NCBI GenBank assembly: GCA_034520945.1
Contig: JAXHNB010000001.1
Coordinates: 96,001-160,000, forward strand
Length of the DNA stretch: 64,000 bases
Source of the DNA: Trueperaceae bacterium
Lineage (GTDB): Bacteria; Deinococcota; Deinococci; Deinococcales; Trueperaceae
Direction of reading: 5' to 3'
Part shown: one piece after another, positions 1 to 10,004 of the stretch
How the letters are laid out: each line of letters starts with the position of its first letter
Numbering within the stretch: position 1 is the first letter of the stretch
Translations under genes and position numbers: made by a program
The notes under the pieces: model-generated
The model's database searches: none
The model's input: the letters and a program-made list of their open reading frames with translations, nothing else
Told to the model about the DNA's origin: nothing

Positions 1-302
1 TCGATCGGCTTGAAGAACGAGGCGATGGGGCCGTCGTGCACCACGCCCATCTCGATGGTGCCGAGCTGCAGGCCCTCGAGGACGGTGGCGGCGTCGCCCA
101 GCTGGCTGGCGGGGTAGATCTCGACCTCGAGCTCACCCCCGGTGGCGCCCTCGACGTACGACTTGAAGGCCATGGCGGCTGCGTGCTTGGGTTGGTCCAT
201 GGAGCCGGGCTGGAAGTGGGCGTACTTGATGACGGTCTGGGCCTGGGCGAGCCCGAAGGCCAGGGCGGCGCCTAGAAGGAGCGTGCGGATGAAGGTGCGC
301 AT
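1..302 (-). CDS. dctP: TRAP transporter substrate-binding protein DctP (partial, runs off the window)
   Basis: Own translation from CAT 300-302: MRTFIRTLLLGAALAFGLAQAQTVIKYAHFQP...ELEVEIYPASQLG...EGLQLGTIEM. Signal peptide and DctP motifs; follows dctQM. Confidence 0.9.
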   Translation of the reverse strand, partial: MRTFIRTLLLGAALAFGLAQAQTVIKYAHFQPGSMDQPKHAAAMAFKSYVEGATGGELEVEIYPASQLGDAATVLEGLQLGTIEMGVVHDGPIASFFKPI

Positions 303-386
303 TTGGAACGTCCTTTCACGAGAGGCGGAAGGGTCGGGGCGGGCAGGGGCCGGCCGGGGGTGCCCGTGCCGGCGACACGAGGCCGC

Positions 387-1676
387 TCATGACGTGAACC
401 CGAAGAAGCGGGGCACGGCGAGGGCCAACTCGGGGAACGCGATCACCAACGACAGCACGACCAACTCCGCCAGCAGCAACGGCAGCACGGCCCGGGTCAC
501 GCCCTCCAGGCGTAGCTTGCCGACCGTGGCGATCACGAACAGCACCGGGCCGATCGGGGGTGTGATCATGCCGATCGCCAGGTTGAGGATGAGGATCAAC
601 GCGAAGTGGAGCGGGTCCACGCCGGCGTTCGCGGCGACCGGCGCCAGGATCGGCGTCAGGATGATCACGGCCGGCAAGGTGTCGATCACCAGGCCGCACA
701 GGAGGATGAACACCGCCAGCAGCACCAGGATCAGGGCGCGGCTGTCGGTGAGGCCGCCCAGCCATGTGGCCAGCATCTGGGGTACCCGCAGGACGGTGAG
801 GAGCCAGCTGAACGCGGACGCCATCGACACGATGAGCAGCACGGCGGAGGTCAGCAGGCCGCTGCGAAGGAACACGCCGGGGACGTCGCGCAGCTTCAGG
901 GAGCGGGTCACGAACATGCTGACGAACAGCGCGTAGAACGCCGCCACCGCGGCCGCCTCCGTCGCCGTGAAGATGCCGCCCAGGATCCCGCCCAGGATAA
1001 TCACCGGCATCAACAGCCCAGGAAGGGCCGGGAAGAAACTGCCCGCGATCTGACGCAGCGAGGCGCCGCGCGTGCCGGCCTGGAATCCCGCGCGGGTCAC
1101 GATGACGTGATTCACGATGGCGAGGGCGACGGCCAACATGAGGCCGGGCACCACCCCCGCCAGGAACAACCCCGCTACGCTCACGCTGCTTTCGCTGACG
1201 GCGTAGATCACTGCGATGATCGACGGCGGAATGATCGGCCCGATGGTGGCGGTGGCAGCGGTCAGGGCGCCCGCGTAGTAGCGGGGGTAGCCCGCGCCAC
1301 GCATCATCTTCATGATCACGGCGCCGGGGCCCGCTGCGTCGGCCAGGGCCGAGCCCGAGATGCCGGCGAACAGCATGCTGGTCAGGATGTTGACGTGGCC
1401 CAGGCCGCCGCGCACGTGCCCGACCAGCAACTGCGTGTGCCGCAGAAGCGCTTCGGTCAGGCGGCCGGCGGTCATCAGGTCGGCCGCCAGGATGAACAAC
1501 GGCACCGCCATCAAGGGGAACGAGTTGATGCCGCCGAACAGGCGCTGCGGCAGCACCAGCAACGGGTAGGTCCCTCCGGCTTCGATGGCGACCAGCGACG
1601 CGACCCCCATCGACAGCGACACCGGCAGGCCGACCGCCAGCGCCACCACGAACGCGACCAGCAGCGCCGTGGTCAT
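387..1676 (-). CDS. dctM: TRAP transporter large permease DctM
   Basis: FAGISGSALADAA, GPIIPPS, GGIFTATEAA and GMITPPIG motifs; start MTTALL overlaps the dctQ stop. Confidence 0.93.
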   Translation of the reverse strand: MTTALLVAFVVALAVGLPVSLSMGVASLVAIEAGGTYPLLVLPQRLFGGINSFPLMAVPLFILAADLMTAGRLTEALLRHTQLLVGHVRGGLGHVNILTSMLFAGISGSALADAAGPGAVIMKMMRGAGYPRYYAGALTAATATIGPIIPPSIIAVIYAVSESSVSVAGLFLAGVVPGLMLAVALAIVNHVIVTRAGFQAGTRGASLRQIAGSFFPALPGLLMPVIILGGILGGIFTATEAAAVAAFYALFVSMFVTRSLKLRDVPGVFLRSGLLTSAVLLIVSMASAFSWLLTVLRVPQMLATWLGGLTDSRALILVLLAVFILLCGLVIDTLPAVIILTPILAPVAANAGVDPLHFALILILNLAIGMITPPIGPVLFVIATVGKLRLEGVTRAVLPLLLAELVVLSLVIAFPELALAVPRFFGFTS

Positions 1677-2227
1677 GTGCTCGCCTCCCCGGGCTCGGGG
1701 GCACCTTCGTCGTGGGCGCCCTCCTCGGGCTCCTCGAAGCCCGGCACGGCGGTGATCCATTCGCGGATCATGGCCAAGAAGTGCAGCGCGAACAGCAGCG
1801 CGCCGATGGGAATGGCCAAGTAGACCGCGCCCATGGGCCACTGCATCACGGGCGAGCGTTGCCGCCACGCGAACTCGCTGAACTGCACTCCGACCACCAT
1901 CAGCACGCCCATGAAGCCGAGGATCACCAGCGCCACCAGGCCTCGGAACCAGGGTTGCAGCCGCCTCGGCAGCAGGCCCTGGCCGTACTCGATGGCGACG
2001 TGTTTCCCTTCCCGCATGGCCAGGCCGGCGCCGAGGTAGGTCACCCAGATCATCAGGTAGCGCGAGACCTCTTCGCTCCAGTTCAGGGAGTCGCCGAAGA
2101 CGTAGCGGGAGACGACGTTGACGAACACCAGCGTCGCCATCACCATCATCATCAGCGCCAGCGCGGCCTGGTTGGTGACCACGAGGCCACGTTCCAAGAT
2201 GGCCAGCGCGCGGGCGACGCCCCTCAC
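1673..2227 (-). CDS. dctQ: TRAP transporter small permease DctQ
   Basis: 4 TM segments; VVSRYVFGDSLNWSEEVSRYLMIW motif. Confidence 0.92.
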   Translation of the reverse strand: MRGVARALAILERGLVVTNQAALALMMMVMATLVFVNVVSRYVFGDSLNWSEEVSRYLMIWVTYLGAGLAMREGKHVAIEYGQGLLPRRLQPWFRGLVALVILGFMGVLMVVGVQFSEFAWRQRSPVMQWPMGAVYLAIPIGALLFALHFLAMIREWITAVPGFEEPEEGAHDEGAPEPGEAST

Positions 2228-3096
2228 GATCGGCTCCTCGCCGGCGGGAGGCGCTCGGCGGCCAGCGCCTCCTTGATGCGCTTCAGCCGCGTCGCGTTCT
2301 GCTCATTGCCCCGCAACGCCACGCCCAGGGCCAGCACGTCCACCACCACCAGGTGGGCCAGGCGCGACACCATCGGCGTGAACACGTCGGTGTCCTCGGC
2401 CGAGTCGACGTCCACGTGCAGGTCGCACGCCTGCGCCAGGTGCGAGGCGCTGGCCGTGATCGCCAGCGTGGTGGCACCGGATCGCCGCGCCAGCGTCATG
2501 CTCTCGATCAGCACCCGGGAGCGACCGGTGTTCGAGAACGCCACCGCCACGTCGCCCGGGCCGAGCACGGCGGCCGCCATGCGCTGCATGTGCGTGTCGC
2601 GGTGGGCGGTCGTGGGCGTCGACAGACGGAAGAACTTGTGCTGCGCGTCGAGGGCCACCACGCCGGAGGCGCCCACGCCGTAGAACTCGATTCGCCTCGC
2701 GCCGGCCAAGGCATCGACGGCCGTCTCGACCTGCTCCGGCGCCAGCCCGCTCCGTAGGCGCATCAGCGCGGCGAGCGAGGCATCCACCACCTTGGCGGCG
2801 TACTCCGCGGCGGAGGAGTCGGGGGTGAGGGAGAGCTCGACCGATGCGAAGCGGGCGGGGATGCTGGCGGCCAGCCGCACCTTGAAGTCGGCGAACCCGT
2901 CGCAGCCCACCGCGCGGCAGAAGCGGATCACGGTGGGTTCGCTCACCCCGCAGTCGCGCGCCAACGCCGCCAGCGTCGTGCGGGGCACGCTGTCCGGCTC
3001 GCGCAGCACGCGGTCGGCCACACGCCGCCCCGCCGGGCTCAACGAGGGGTATGCCTCCTCGATGGCCTGAAGGGCGTCATGGTGCGCCGCGATCAT
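2224..3096 (-). CDS. RpiR/HexR-family transcriptional regulator (HTH + SIS)
   Basis: VSEPTVIRFCRAVGCDGFADFK HTH; FYGVGASGVVALDAQHKFFRL; FTPMVSRLAHL, which is HexR-like. Confidence 0.9.
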   Translation of the reverse strand: MIAAHHDALQAIEEAYPSLSPAGRRVADRVLREPDSVPRTTLAALARDCGVSEPTVIRFCRAVGCDGFADFKVRLAASIPARFASVELSLTPDSSAAEYAAKVVDASLAALMRLRSGLAPEQVETAVDALAGARRIEFYGVGASGVVALDAQHKFFRLSTPTTAHRDTHMQRMAAAVLGPGDVAVAFSNTGRSRVLIESMTLARRSGATTLAITASASHLAQACDLHVDVDSAEDTDVFTPMVSRLAHLVVVDVLALGVALRGNEQNATRLKRIKEALAAERLPPARSRS

Positions 3097-3119
3097 ACGT
3101 GGGGTCGACCTCCTCGCCG

Positions 3120-3134
3120 TGTAGTCGAGCTACA
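3120..3134. promoter_or_regulatory. Putative HexR-type operator 1 (TGTAG-N5-CTACA)
   Basis: Inverted repeat TGTAGTCGAGCTACA just upstream of the regulator start. Confidence 0.65.
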
Positions 3135-3182
3135 GGAATGTGGGCGTCTCCGTTGCCTGCGCCGCCGTATGCTAGGACTTTT

Positions 3183-3197
3183 TGTAGTTCTACTACG
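3183..3197. promoter_or_regulatory. Putative HexR-type operator 2 (TGTAG-N5-CTACG)
   Basis: TGTAGTTCTACTACG; lies over the -35 position of a minus-strand TAGCAT -10 box at 3169-3174. Confidence 0.6.
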
Positions 3198-3254
3198 CGC
3201 TCGGGTCGTTCGTCAACCGCGGACCACGCCGCGTGAGGGGCGGGCGCACCTTGT

Positions 3255-4379
3255 CTAGGACGTGTCTTTGCCGACCTCCAGCATACGCACCCGCACCGTC
3301 CGCTCTGCCAACCACGCCCGGTCCAACGTCACGCCCAATCCCGGCCCCTCCGCAGGAACGCGCTGCACCCCGTCCTCGGCCTCCAGCGGCTGTTCCACCA
3401 GGTCGCGGGCGTAGTAGCGGCTGGCGCTGCTGGTGTCGCCCGGCAGCACGAACCCGTCCAGGGTGGAGAGGTGCAGGTTGGCGGCCCGCCCCACCCCCGT
3501 CTCCAGCATCCCGCCGCACCACACCGGCGCGCCGAAGGCGCGCGCCACGTCGTGCACCTCCCGGGCGCGACGGAATCCCCGCACGCGGCCGACCTTGACG
3601 TTCACCACCCGGCCCGCCTCCAGCTGCAGCGCCTTGCGGGCGTCCTCGGGCCCGTGGATCGACTCGTCCAAACAGATCGGCGTGGCCAGCTGCCGCTGCA
3701 ACGCCGCGTGGTCCAGCAGGTCGTCGTGCGCCAAGGGTTGCTCGACGTAGTCCAACGCCAGCGCGTCCAGCTCACGCAGTCGGCGCGCGTCCGTCAACCG
3801 ATAGGCGCTGTTCGCGTCCACCGTGAGCGGCACCTCCGGCAGCGCCTCCCGCACCGCGCGCACCACGTCCACGTCCCAGCCGGGCCGAATCTTTAGTTTC
3901 ACGCGCCGGTACCCCTCGGCCACGGCCCGCCGTGCCGCGGTGACCGTCGCCGCCACGTCGTCCTGGATCCCGAGCGACACGCCGACCGGCACGGGCCGGT
4001 CCCGCCCGCCCAGCAGCACCCACAACGGCACGTTCAGCGCCTTCGCCTGCAGGTCCCAGAACGCCATCTCGACCGCGGCGACCGCCATGTCGTGGCCCCG
4101 GACGCCGGACAGGGCGTGCAGCAGCTCATCGGGCGTGGCGAAGGCGCGCCCCACCAGCTGCGGCGCAATGAAGCGCTCGATTACCGTCCAGCAGGTATCG
4201 ACCGTCTCGGACGAATAGCCCGGCGAAGCACCCGCCACGCACTCCGCGATCCCCTCGAACCCCTCGCCGTGCAGGTGCAGCAACAGGATGCGGCGGTCCC
4301 GCTCCGCCCCGAAGCTGGTCCGGAACGTGAACTCGAGGCGCATGCCCACCTCGCGCAGTTCGATGCGATCGATCCTCAT
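3255..4379 (-). CDS. menC: o-succinylbenzoate synthase / N-acylamino acid racemase (enolase superfamily)
   Basis: RVKLKI, VDANSAY, EQPL, CLDESI, NVKVGRVRG, WCGGMLETG, PGDTS. Real start is MRIDRIEL at 4379; the ORF track is over-extended. Confidence 0.85.
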   Translation of the reverse strand: MRIDRIELREVGMRLEFTFRTSFGAERDRRILLLHLHGEGFEGIAECVAGASPGYSSETVDTCWTVIERFIAPQLVGRAFATPDELLHALSGVRGHDMAVAAVEMAFWDLQAKALNVPLWVLLGGRDRPVPVGVSLGIQDDVAATVTAARRAVAEGYRRVKLKIRPGWDVDVVRAVREALPEVPLTVDANSAYRLTDARRLRELDALALDYVEQPLAHDDLLDHAALQRQLATPICLDESIHGPEDARKALQLEAGRVVNVKVGRVRGFRRAREVHDVARAFGAPVWCGGMLETGVGRAANLHLSTLDGFVLPGDTSSASRYYARDLVEQPLEAEDGVQRVPAEGPGLGVTLDRAWLAERTVRVRMLEVGKDTS

Positions 4380-4529
4380 CACGCCTCCCGTGGGCGGGCA
4401 CCTCCGCGCCTCTGCCCGACGCACCCAAGCATGCCACGCCCGCACCGCGCCGCGCCCCTTCGCGGGCCGCCCGAGGGTACGATGGCCCATCCCGGAACGC
4501 GGCACGACGGGGGAGGAGCAGGATGCAGG

Positions 4530-4856
4530 ATGTGGATTCGTAGCCTCGACGAGAAGTTGGTCAACCTCGCCGTCACCGAGGCCGTGGAGGTGGTGGACGT
4601 ATTCCCGGACGACGCCTCCGCCGAGGCGATCGACGCCGGCGCCGTCCCGCCCGTCGCCTTCGAGGTGGTCGCCTACCTCCCCGGCGGCTGGGAGGTGCCG
4701 CTGTACGGCTCCGAGCACGGCGACGACGCCGAGCGGGCCCTGTCCTTCCTGGCGGGACTTCTGGCGACCGACGGCGTGTCCGCCACCCTGGGCGGCGGTC
4801 GCGTGCGCGCCCTCGAAGAGTTGATGGAGCGAGGCCAGGGCGCCGGCCGCAACTGA
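4530..4856 (+). CDS. Hypothetical protein (108 aa)
   Basis: GGAGGAG upstream, ATG 4530 (MWIRSLDEKLVNL...), host-like codon usage. Confidence 0.7.
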   Translation: MWIRSLDEKLVNLAVTEAVEVVDVFPDDASAEAIDAGAVPPVAFEVVAYLPGGWEVPLYGSEHGDDAERALSFLAGLLATDGVSATLGGGRVRALEELMERGQGAGRN

Positions 4857-4999
4857 GCGGACGGGCCCGCGTCGGCCCGGGGCCGGCACGAAGCGGACGC
4901 TCGCAGCATGCCCGCTCGAAGGCGTTTCGGTCGTCCGCTGGTGCTAGGCTCGCAGGCGATTCCCCTCGCGTCCCGACGCGGACGCCTCCCGGAGGTCCC

Positions 5000-6370
5000 G
5001 TGATGCACACAGGCGACGCGCCCCCGAAGGACACGCGCGACCCCGCGGCCGGCGCCGCGTACCGCCTGCCCGGCGAGGCGACCCGCGCCCTGGCCGAGCG
5101 CCAGGCCCGCGCCCTGTTCCCCATCCAGTCCCGCATGGCGTACTACGGCGACGCCCCCCTCGCCGTCGCCCGCGGGGAGGGCTCCTGGTTGTGGGACGTC
5201 GAAGGCAACCGTTACCTCGACTTCTTCGGCGGCATCCTCACCGTCAGCGTCGGCCACGCCAACCCCGAGGTCGCAGACGCGGTCGAGCGGCAGCTCCGCA
5301 CCGTGCAGCACACCAGCACCCTCTACCTGAACGAGATCACCATCGACGCCGCCGAGCGCATCGCCAGGATCGCCCCCGGCCGGCTGCAGCACTGCTTCTT
5401 CACCAGCAGCGGCAGCGAAGCTGACGAGACCGCGGTGATGGCCGCCCGCATGTACACCGGCCACAGCGACGTGATCGCGCTGCGCCACGCCTACGCCGGC
5501 CGGACCGCCACCGCCATGAGCCTCACCGCTCACGCCAACTGGCGCCTGGGCGGGGTGTTCGACGGCGGCATCAAGCACGTCCGCAGCCCCTACGTCTACC
5601 GCGCGCCGGCCGGCCTGGACGAAGCCGGCCTGCTGGACCTGTGCGTGCAGGACCTGGAGGAGACGATCCAGACCTGCACCGATGGCCGCATCGCCGCGTT
5701 CATGGCCGAACCGATCCAGGGCGTCGGCGGGTTCGTGGTCGCGCCCCAGGACTACTTTCGCCGCATCGAACCGGTCGTGCGGGAGGCCGGCGGCGTGATG
5801 ATCATCGACGAGGTCCAGACCGGCTGGGGCCGCACCGGTCGCCACTGGTGCGGCATCGAGCACTGGGGGATCGAACCGGACGTCATGACCTTCGCCAAGG
5901 GCATCGCGAACGGATTCCCCGTCGGCTGCACCATCACCACGCCCGAGATCGCCGAAGCGGTCGACGGGCCCACGCTGTCCACCTTCGGCGGCAACCCGCT
6001 GGCGATGGCGGCGACGGTCGCCACGCTGGAGGTGATCGAACGTCACGACCTGCCCGCCAACGCAGAAGCGCGCGGAGCGCAGCTCCGCGAGCGGCTGGAC
6101 GCCCTTGCCCGCGTCACCCCCTGGATCGGCGAGGTGCGCGGCATGGGCCTGATGCAGGCGCTGGAGCTGGTGGAGGCCGGCGGCGGCAAGGCGCCCGACC
6201 CCGAACGGACGAACGCTCTGCTGGCCGCCGCGCGCCGTCACGGTTTGCTGATCGGAAAGGGCGGCCTGTACGGCAACGTGCTCCGCATCGCCCCGATGCT
6301 GAATGCCACCGAGGACGAGATCACGCAGGGCGCGGACCGCCTGGACGCCGCCGTGCGAGAGGTCGGGTAA
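5000..6370 (+). CDS. Class III PLP aminotransferase (AGXT2/GabT-like), copy 1
   Basis: YLDFFGGI, AEPIQGVGG, IDEVQTGWGRTG, FAKGIANG (PLP lysine), STFGGNP. Confidence 0.92.
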   Translation: MMHTGDAPPKDTRDPAAGAAYRLPGEATRALAERQARALFPIQSRMAYYGDAPLAVARGEGSWLWDVEGNRYLDFFGGILTVSVGHANPEVADAVERQLRTVQHTSTLYLNEITIDAAERIARIAPGRLQHCFFTSSGSEADETAVMAARMYTGHSDVIALRHAYAGRTATAMSLTAHANWRLGGVFDGGIKHVRSPYVYRAPAGLDEAGLLDLCVQDLEETIQTCTDGRIAAFMAEPIQGVGGFVVAPQDYFRRIEPVVREAGGVMIIDEVQTGWGRTGRHWCGIEHWGIEPDVMTFAKGIANGFPVGCTITTPEIAEAVDGPTLSTFGGNPLAMAATVATLEVIERHDLPANAEARGAQLRERLDALARVTPWIGEVRGMGLMQALELVEAGGGKAPDPERTNALLAAARRHGLLIGKGGLYGNVLRIAPMLNATEDEITQGADRLDAAVREVG

Positions 6371-6393
6371 GGGTTTCGTTGGCGGCCCTTGCC

Positions 6394-6399
6394 TAGCGT
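6394..6399 (+). promoter_or_regulatory. -10 box of a probable leaderless promoter (TAGCGT-N6-ATG)
   Basis: TANNNT 6 nt before ATG 6406, no SD; the paralog has the same geometry at 17076. Confidence 0.55.
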
Positions 6400-6405
6400 A
6401 CAGCC

Positions 6406-8085
6406 ATGAACGCCTGGATCGTTCGGATCCCCGTCGCCCTGTTCGCCGCGCTGCTGGCGGTGGCGGCGGCGTTTCCCGCCACGCCCGTTCCGGTGCTGGG
6501 GCTGTCCGCGCTGTTGTTCGCGGCCGCCACCGCGCGGGCGTTCGGGCTGGGGGTGGCGTTGCTGGCGCTGCCGGTGGCCGCCACGGTGGTGGCCCGCCCC
6601 TGGAACGAAGCCGGCGGCGCGCTGAGTGTCGAACCGATGTTCCTCGCCGCCCTACCGGCGTTCGCGCTGGCCGGCCTCTGGATCGGCCGATTGGAGCGCC
6701 ACCTGGGCGCGCAACGCCAGGTGAGCAAACAGGCGCAGTTCGACCCCCTCACCGGCCTGCTGAACCGCACCGCCTTCGAGCGCATCGCGGGCGAGGCGAT
6801 GCTGGAGGCCCGCGAGCGCAACGGCATGGTCGCGATGTTGTTCATCGACCTGGACCGCTTCAAGGTCGTCAACGACACCTACGGGCACGAACTCGGCGAC
6901 GCCGTCCTGCGGCGCGTTGCCGACCTCCTCCGCGAGCACGTGCGGCAGGCCGACCTGGTCGGCCGCCTCGGCGGCGACGAGTTCACCGTCGCGCTCCGCA
7001 ACCTGCGCGAACCCGACAGCGCCGCCTCCGTCGCCCGCAAGCTGCTGAAGTTGCTCAACGAACCCCAGGAGGTCGCCGGCCGCCGCATCGAGGTCGGCGC
7101 CAGCATCGGCATCGCCATGTACCCCCGCGACGGCCAGGACGTCACCGAGCTGCTCAAGAACGCCGATCACGCCATGTACCAGATCAAGGACCGCGGCCGC
7201 AACGGCATCAGCTTCTCCAGCCACGAGACGCAGATCCGCAACGACCGCCGCATCGAGGTCGAGCGGCAACTGCGCGGCGCCCTCCACGAGGACGAGTTCG
7301 AGCTGCACTACCAACCCAAGGTCGACTTCCGCAGCGGCGGCCTGGCCGGCGTGGAGATGCTGCTCCGCTGGCGCAACCGTGACCTGGGCCTGGTGTCGCC
7401 TGATGAGTTCATCCCCATGGCGGAAGAGACCGGCATGATCCTGCCGCTGGGCCGCTGGCTGCTGCGCCAGGCCTGCTTCCAGCTGCGCGACTGGGACGAG
7501 GCCGGCCTGCCCCCCATCACCCTCGCCGTGAACGTCTCTACCCTGCAGTTCCGCCAACCCGACTTCGTCCACGCCGTCGAGGAGGCACTCCGCGACTCCG
7601 GGATCGCCCCCGCCCGCCTGGAGCTCGAGATCACCGAGTCCGTCCTGATGAAGGAATACGCCGCCTCCCTGCGCCAGCTCGAACGTCTCGCCGCCCTCGG
7701 CGTCGGCATCGCCCTGGACGACTTCGGCACCGGCTACTCCTCCCTCGCCTACCTGCAGAACCTGCCCATCCGCACCCTCAAGATCGACCGCTCGTTCGTG
7801 TCCGGCCTGACCCTGCGCGGCGGCGGCGAACCGGGCGGCACCGCCCCCATTGTCGAGACCATCCTCACCCTCGGCCAAAAACTCGGCAAGGAGATCGTTG
7901 CCGAAGGGGTCGAGACCCGCGGCCAGGCCCGCTGGCTGGCGCAATCCGGCTGCACCTACGGGCAGGGCTTCCTGTACGCCCGCCCGCAACCCGCCAGCCG
8001 CATCGCCAAGCTGCTGGAGCGGGCCGTGCCGGCGCCGACGCGCGCGGACGTGCGGGGGGAGCGGTTGTTGATGTCGGGGGCGTGA
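6406..8085 (+). CDS. Membrane-anchored GGDEF-EAL (diguanylate cyclase/phosphodiesterase) protein, copy 1
   Basis: N-terminal TMs; DPLTGLLNR, DLDRFK, GGDEF; EML, ELEITES, DDFGTGYSSL, EGVE. Confidence 0.93.
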   Translation: MNAWIVRIPVALFAALLAVAAAFPATPVPVLGLSALLFAAATARAFGLGVALLALPVAATVVARPWNEAGGALSVEPMFLAALPAFALAGLWIGRLERHLGAQRQVSKQAQFDPLTGLLNRTAFERIAGEAMLEARERNGMVAMLFIDLDRFKVVNDTYGHELGDAVLRRVADLLREHVRQADLVGRLGGDEFTVALRNLREPDSAASVARKLLKLLNEPQEVAGRRIEVGASIGIAMYPRDGQDVTELLKNADHAMYQIKDRGRNGISFSSHETQIRNDRRIEVERQLRGALHEDEFELHYQPKVDFRSGGLAGVEMLLRWRNRDLGLVSPDEFIPMAEETGMILPLGRWLLRQACFQLRDWDEAGLPPITLAVNVSTLQFRQPDFVHAVEEALRDSGIAPARLELEITESVLMKEYAASLRQLERLAALGVGIALDDFGTGYSSLAYLQNLPIRTLKIDRSFVSGLTLRGGGEPGGTAPIVETILTLGQKLGKEIVAEGVETRGQARWLAQSGCTYGQGFLYARPQPASRIAKLLERAVPAPTRADVRGERLLMSGA

Positions 8086-8374
8086 GGCTCTACCGTGCCA
8101 CGGTGCACGCCCGTGTCGCGCACTTTGCAGTCGGAAGGCGATCGTTTCGGCCAGAATCGAAGGCGTAACGACATTGAGCGGAACCGTCGCGCGTGAGGCC
8201 ATTGGGATCGACGCCGGTGGGGTCCGGCGCGGGCGCCGCATCCGCTGCCCGAAAGGGGGATGGAATGCCCTAGGTGCGGAGATCGAAGGCGAAACTTCGT
8301 CCTCGGAACGTGGTCTGGCACGCACGTGTTCGGAGGACGGCCGCGTTGCTCGACTCGCGAAGGAGAGATCGTCC

Positions 8375-10003
8375 ATGTCCAACGAAACGCCAGTCCCTAC
8401 GAACCTGAACCGCCGCCGTTTCCTGAAGCTGCTCGGCGCCGTAGGCGGCACCGGCATGGTGTTCAGCGCCCTCGATTCCTTCGGACTGGGGATGGCCTCG
8501 GCCCAAGACGCGCCCCCCGACCTGAGGGGACGCCGCGACGGCACCCGCGTGATCGTCCTCGGGGCCGGCGTGGCCGGGATGACCGCGGCGTACGAACTCC
8601 AGAAGCTGGGGTACGACACGCCCATCCTCGAGGCGCGTGATTTTGCTGGGGGCCGTGCCCAAACGGCTCGCAGAGGCTTCACGCTCACCGAAGCCAACGG
8701 CGTCACCCAGCGCTGCAGGTTCGACGAGGGGGAGTACATCAACCACGGCCCGTGGCGCATCCCCTTCCACCACCGGTCCGTGCTGCACTACGCCAAGCAG
8801 TTCCAGGTGCCCCTCGAGATCATGGTGAACCAGAACGACGCGGCGTACGCGTTGTTCGAGGACGTGGAGGGTCCGCTCTCCGGGCAGCGCTTGCGCCAGA
8901 TGGAGATCAAGGCCGACATGCGCGGGTACACGTCCGAGCTTCTCGCCAAGGCAGCTCAGCAGGACGAGCTCGACCGCGAGCTCACCCAGGAGGACAAGGA
9001 GAAGCTCATCGAGTACCTCGTGCGCGAAGGGTATCTCGACAGCGAGGATCTCGCGTACCGGGGCATGGGCGCGCGCGGCTACGAAGAGCCCCCAAGCGCG
9101 GGGCTCAACCCGGGCGTCCCGTCCGACCCACACGGCTTCCTGGACCTGCTTCGCCCGGAGCTCGGCAACCTCTACCGGTCGGTGTCTTCGTACTCCCAGC
9201 AACCCACGATGCTGCAACCCGTCGGCGGTATGGACCAAATCGCGAAGGCGTTCGAGCAGCAGGTGGGGGACGACATCCATTACGGGATCGAGGTCACCCA
9301 GATCCGTCAGGGCGAAGACGGCGTGCGGATCGTGTATCGCGATACCCGGACCGACGAGATGGGCGAGATGACGGGTGACTACGTCGTCTGCACCATCCCG
9401 CTGTCCGTGCTGAACGGCATCGACGGCGACTTCTCCGAGGACTTCAGGCAGGCGATGTCGGGCGTGTCGTACGCCTCGACCGGCAAGATCGGCCTGCAGT
9501 TCGCCCGGCGCTTCTGGGAGGAGGACGACTGGATCTACGGAGGCCACTCCGAGACCAACTTCTTCGGCAGCATCTCGTATCCCTCCTACAACTTCCACAA
9601 GCAGAAGGGCGTCATCCTCGGCTACTACAACTTCGGCGGCGAGGCGGTACGCGTCAGCAACATGACGCCTGAAGAGCGCACCGAGTTCGCCCTCGAGAAC
9701 GGCGAGAAAATCCACCCCGGCCAGTACCGCGACAACTTCGAGGAGTCCTTCAGCGTCGCCTGGCACCTGGTGCCGTACAGCCTTGGCGGCTGGGCCTCGT
9801 GGTCCTCGGACGCGCGCGAGAACGCCTATCCCCTCCTCAACGAGCCCGACGGCCGCGTCTACCTGGCAGGGGAGCACCTCAGCTACCTGACGGGATGGCA
9901 GGCCGGAGGGATCGAGTCCGCGTGGCTTCAGATCGAGAAGCTGCACCGCCGCGCCGCCCAGGACGAGGCCAATGCTGCGATGGCGGCGGCCGGGAACGCC
10001 TGA
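8375..10003 (+). CDS. Tat-exported flavin monoamine / L-amino-acid oxidase-family protein
   Basis: SD AAGGAG then ATG 8375; twin-arginine NRRRFLK; FAD motif GAGVAG...EAR..GGR; C-terminal AGEHLSYLTGWQAG. Confidence 0.9.
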   Translation: MSNETPVPTNLNRRRFLKLLGAVGGTGMVFSALDSFGLGMASAQDAPPDLRGRRDGTRVIVLGAGVAGMTAAYELQKLGYDTPILEARDFAGGRAQTARRGFTLTEANGVTQRCRFDEGEYINHGPWRIPFHHRSVLHYAKQFQVPLEIMVNQNDAAYALFEDVEGPLSGQRLRQMEIKADMRGYTSELLAKAAQQDELDRELTQEDKEKLIEYLVREGYLDSEDLAYRGMGARGYEEPPSAGLNPGVPSDPHGFLDLLRPELGNLYRSVSSYSQQPTMLQPVGGMDQIAKAFEQQVGDDIHYGIEVTQIRQGEDGVRIVYRDTRTDEMGEMTGDYVVCTIPLSVLNGIDGDFSEDFRQAMSGVSYASTGKIGLQFARRFWEEDDWIYGGHSETNFFGSISYPSYNFHKQKGVILGYYNFGGEAVRVSNMTPEERTEFALENGEKIHPGQYRDNFEESFSVAWHLVPYSLGGWASWSSDARENAYPLLNEPDGRVYLAGEHLSYLTGWQAGGIESAWLQIEKLHRRAAQDEANAAMAAAGNA

Positions 10004-10004
10004 G

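Noticed and set aside
3255..4379. Menaquinone biosynthesis operon
   Set aside because: No other men genes are nearby, and the protein is of the promiscuous OSBS/NAAAR type, so its pathway role is uncertain.
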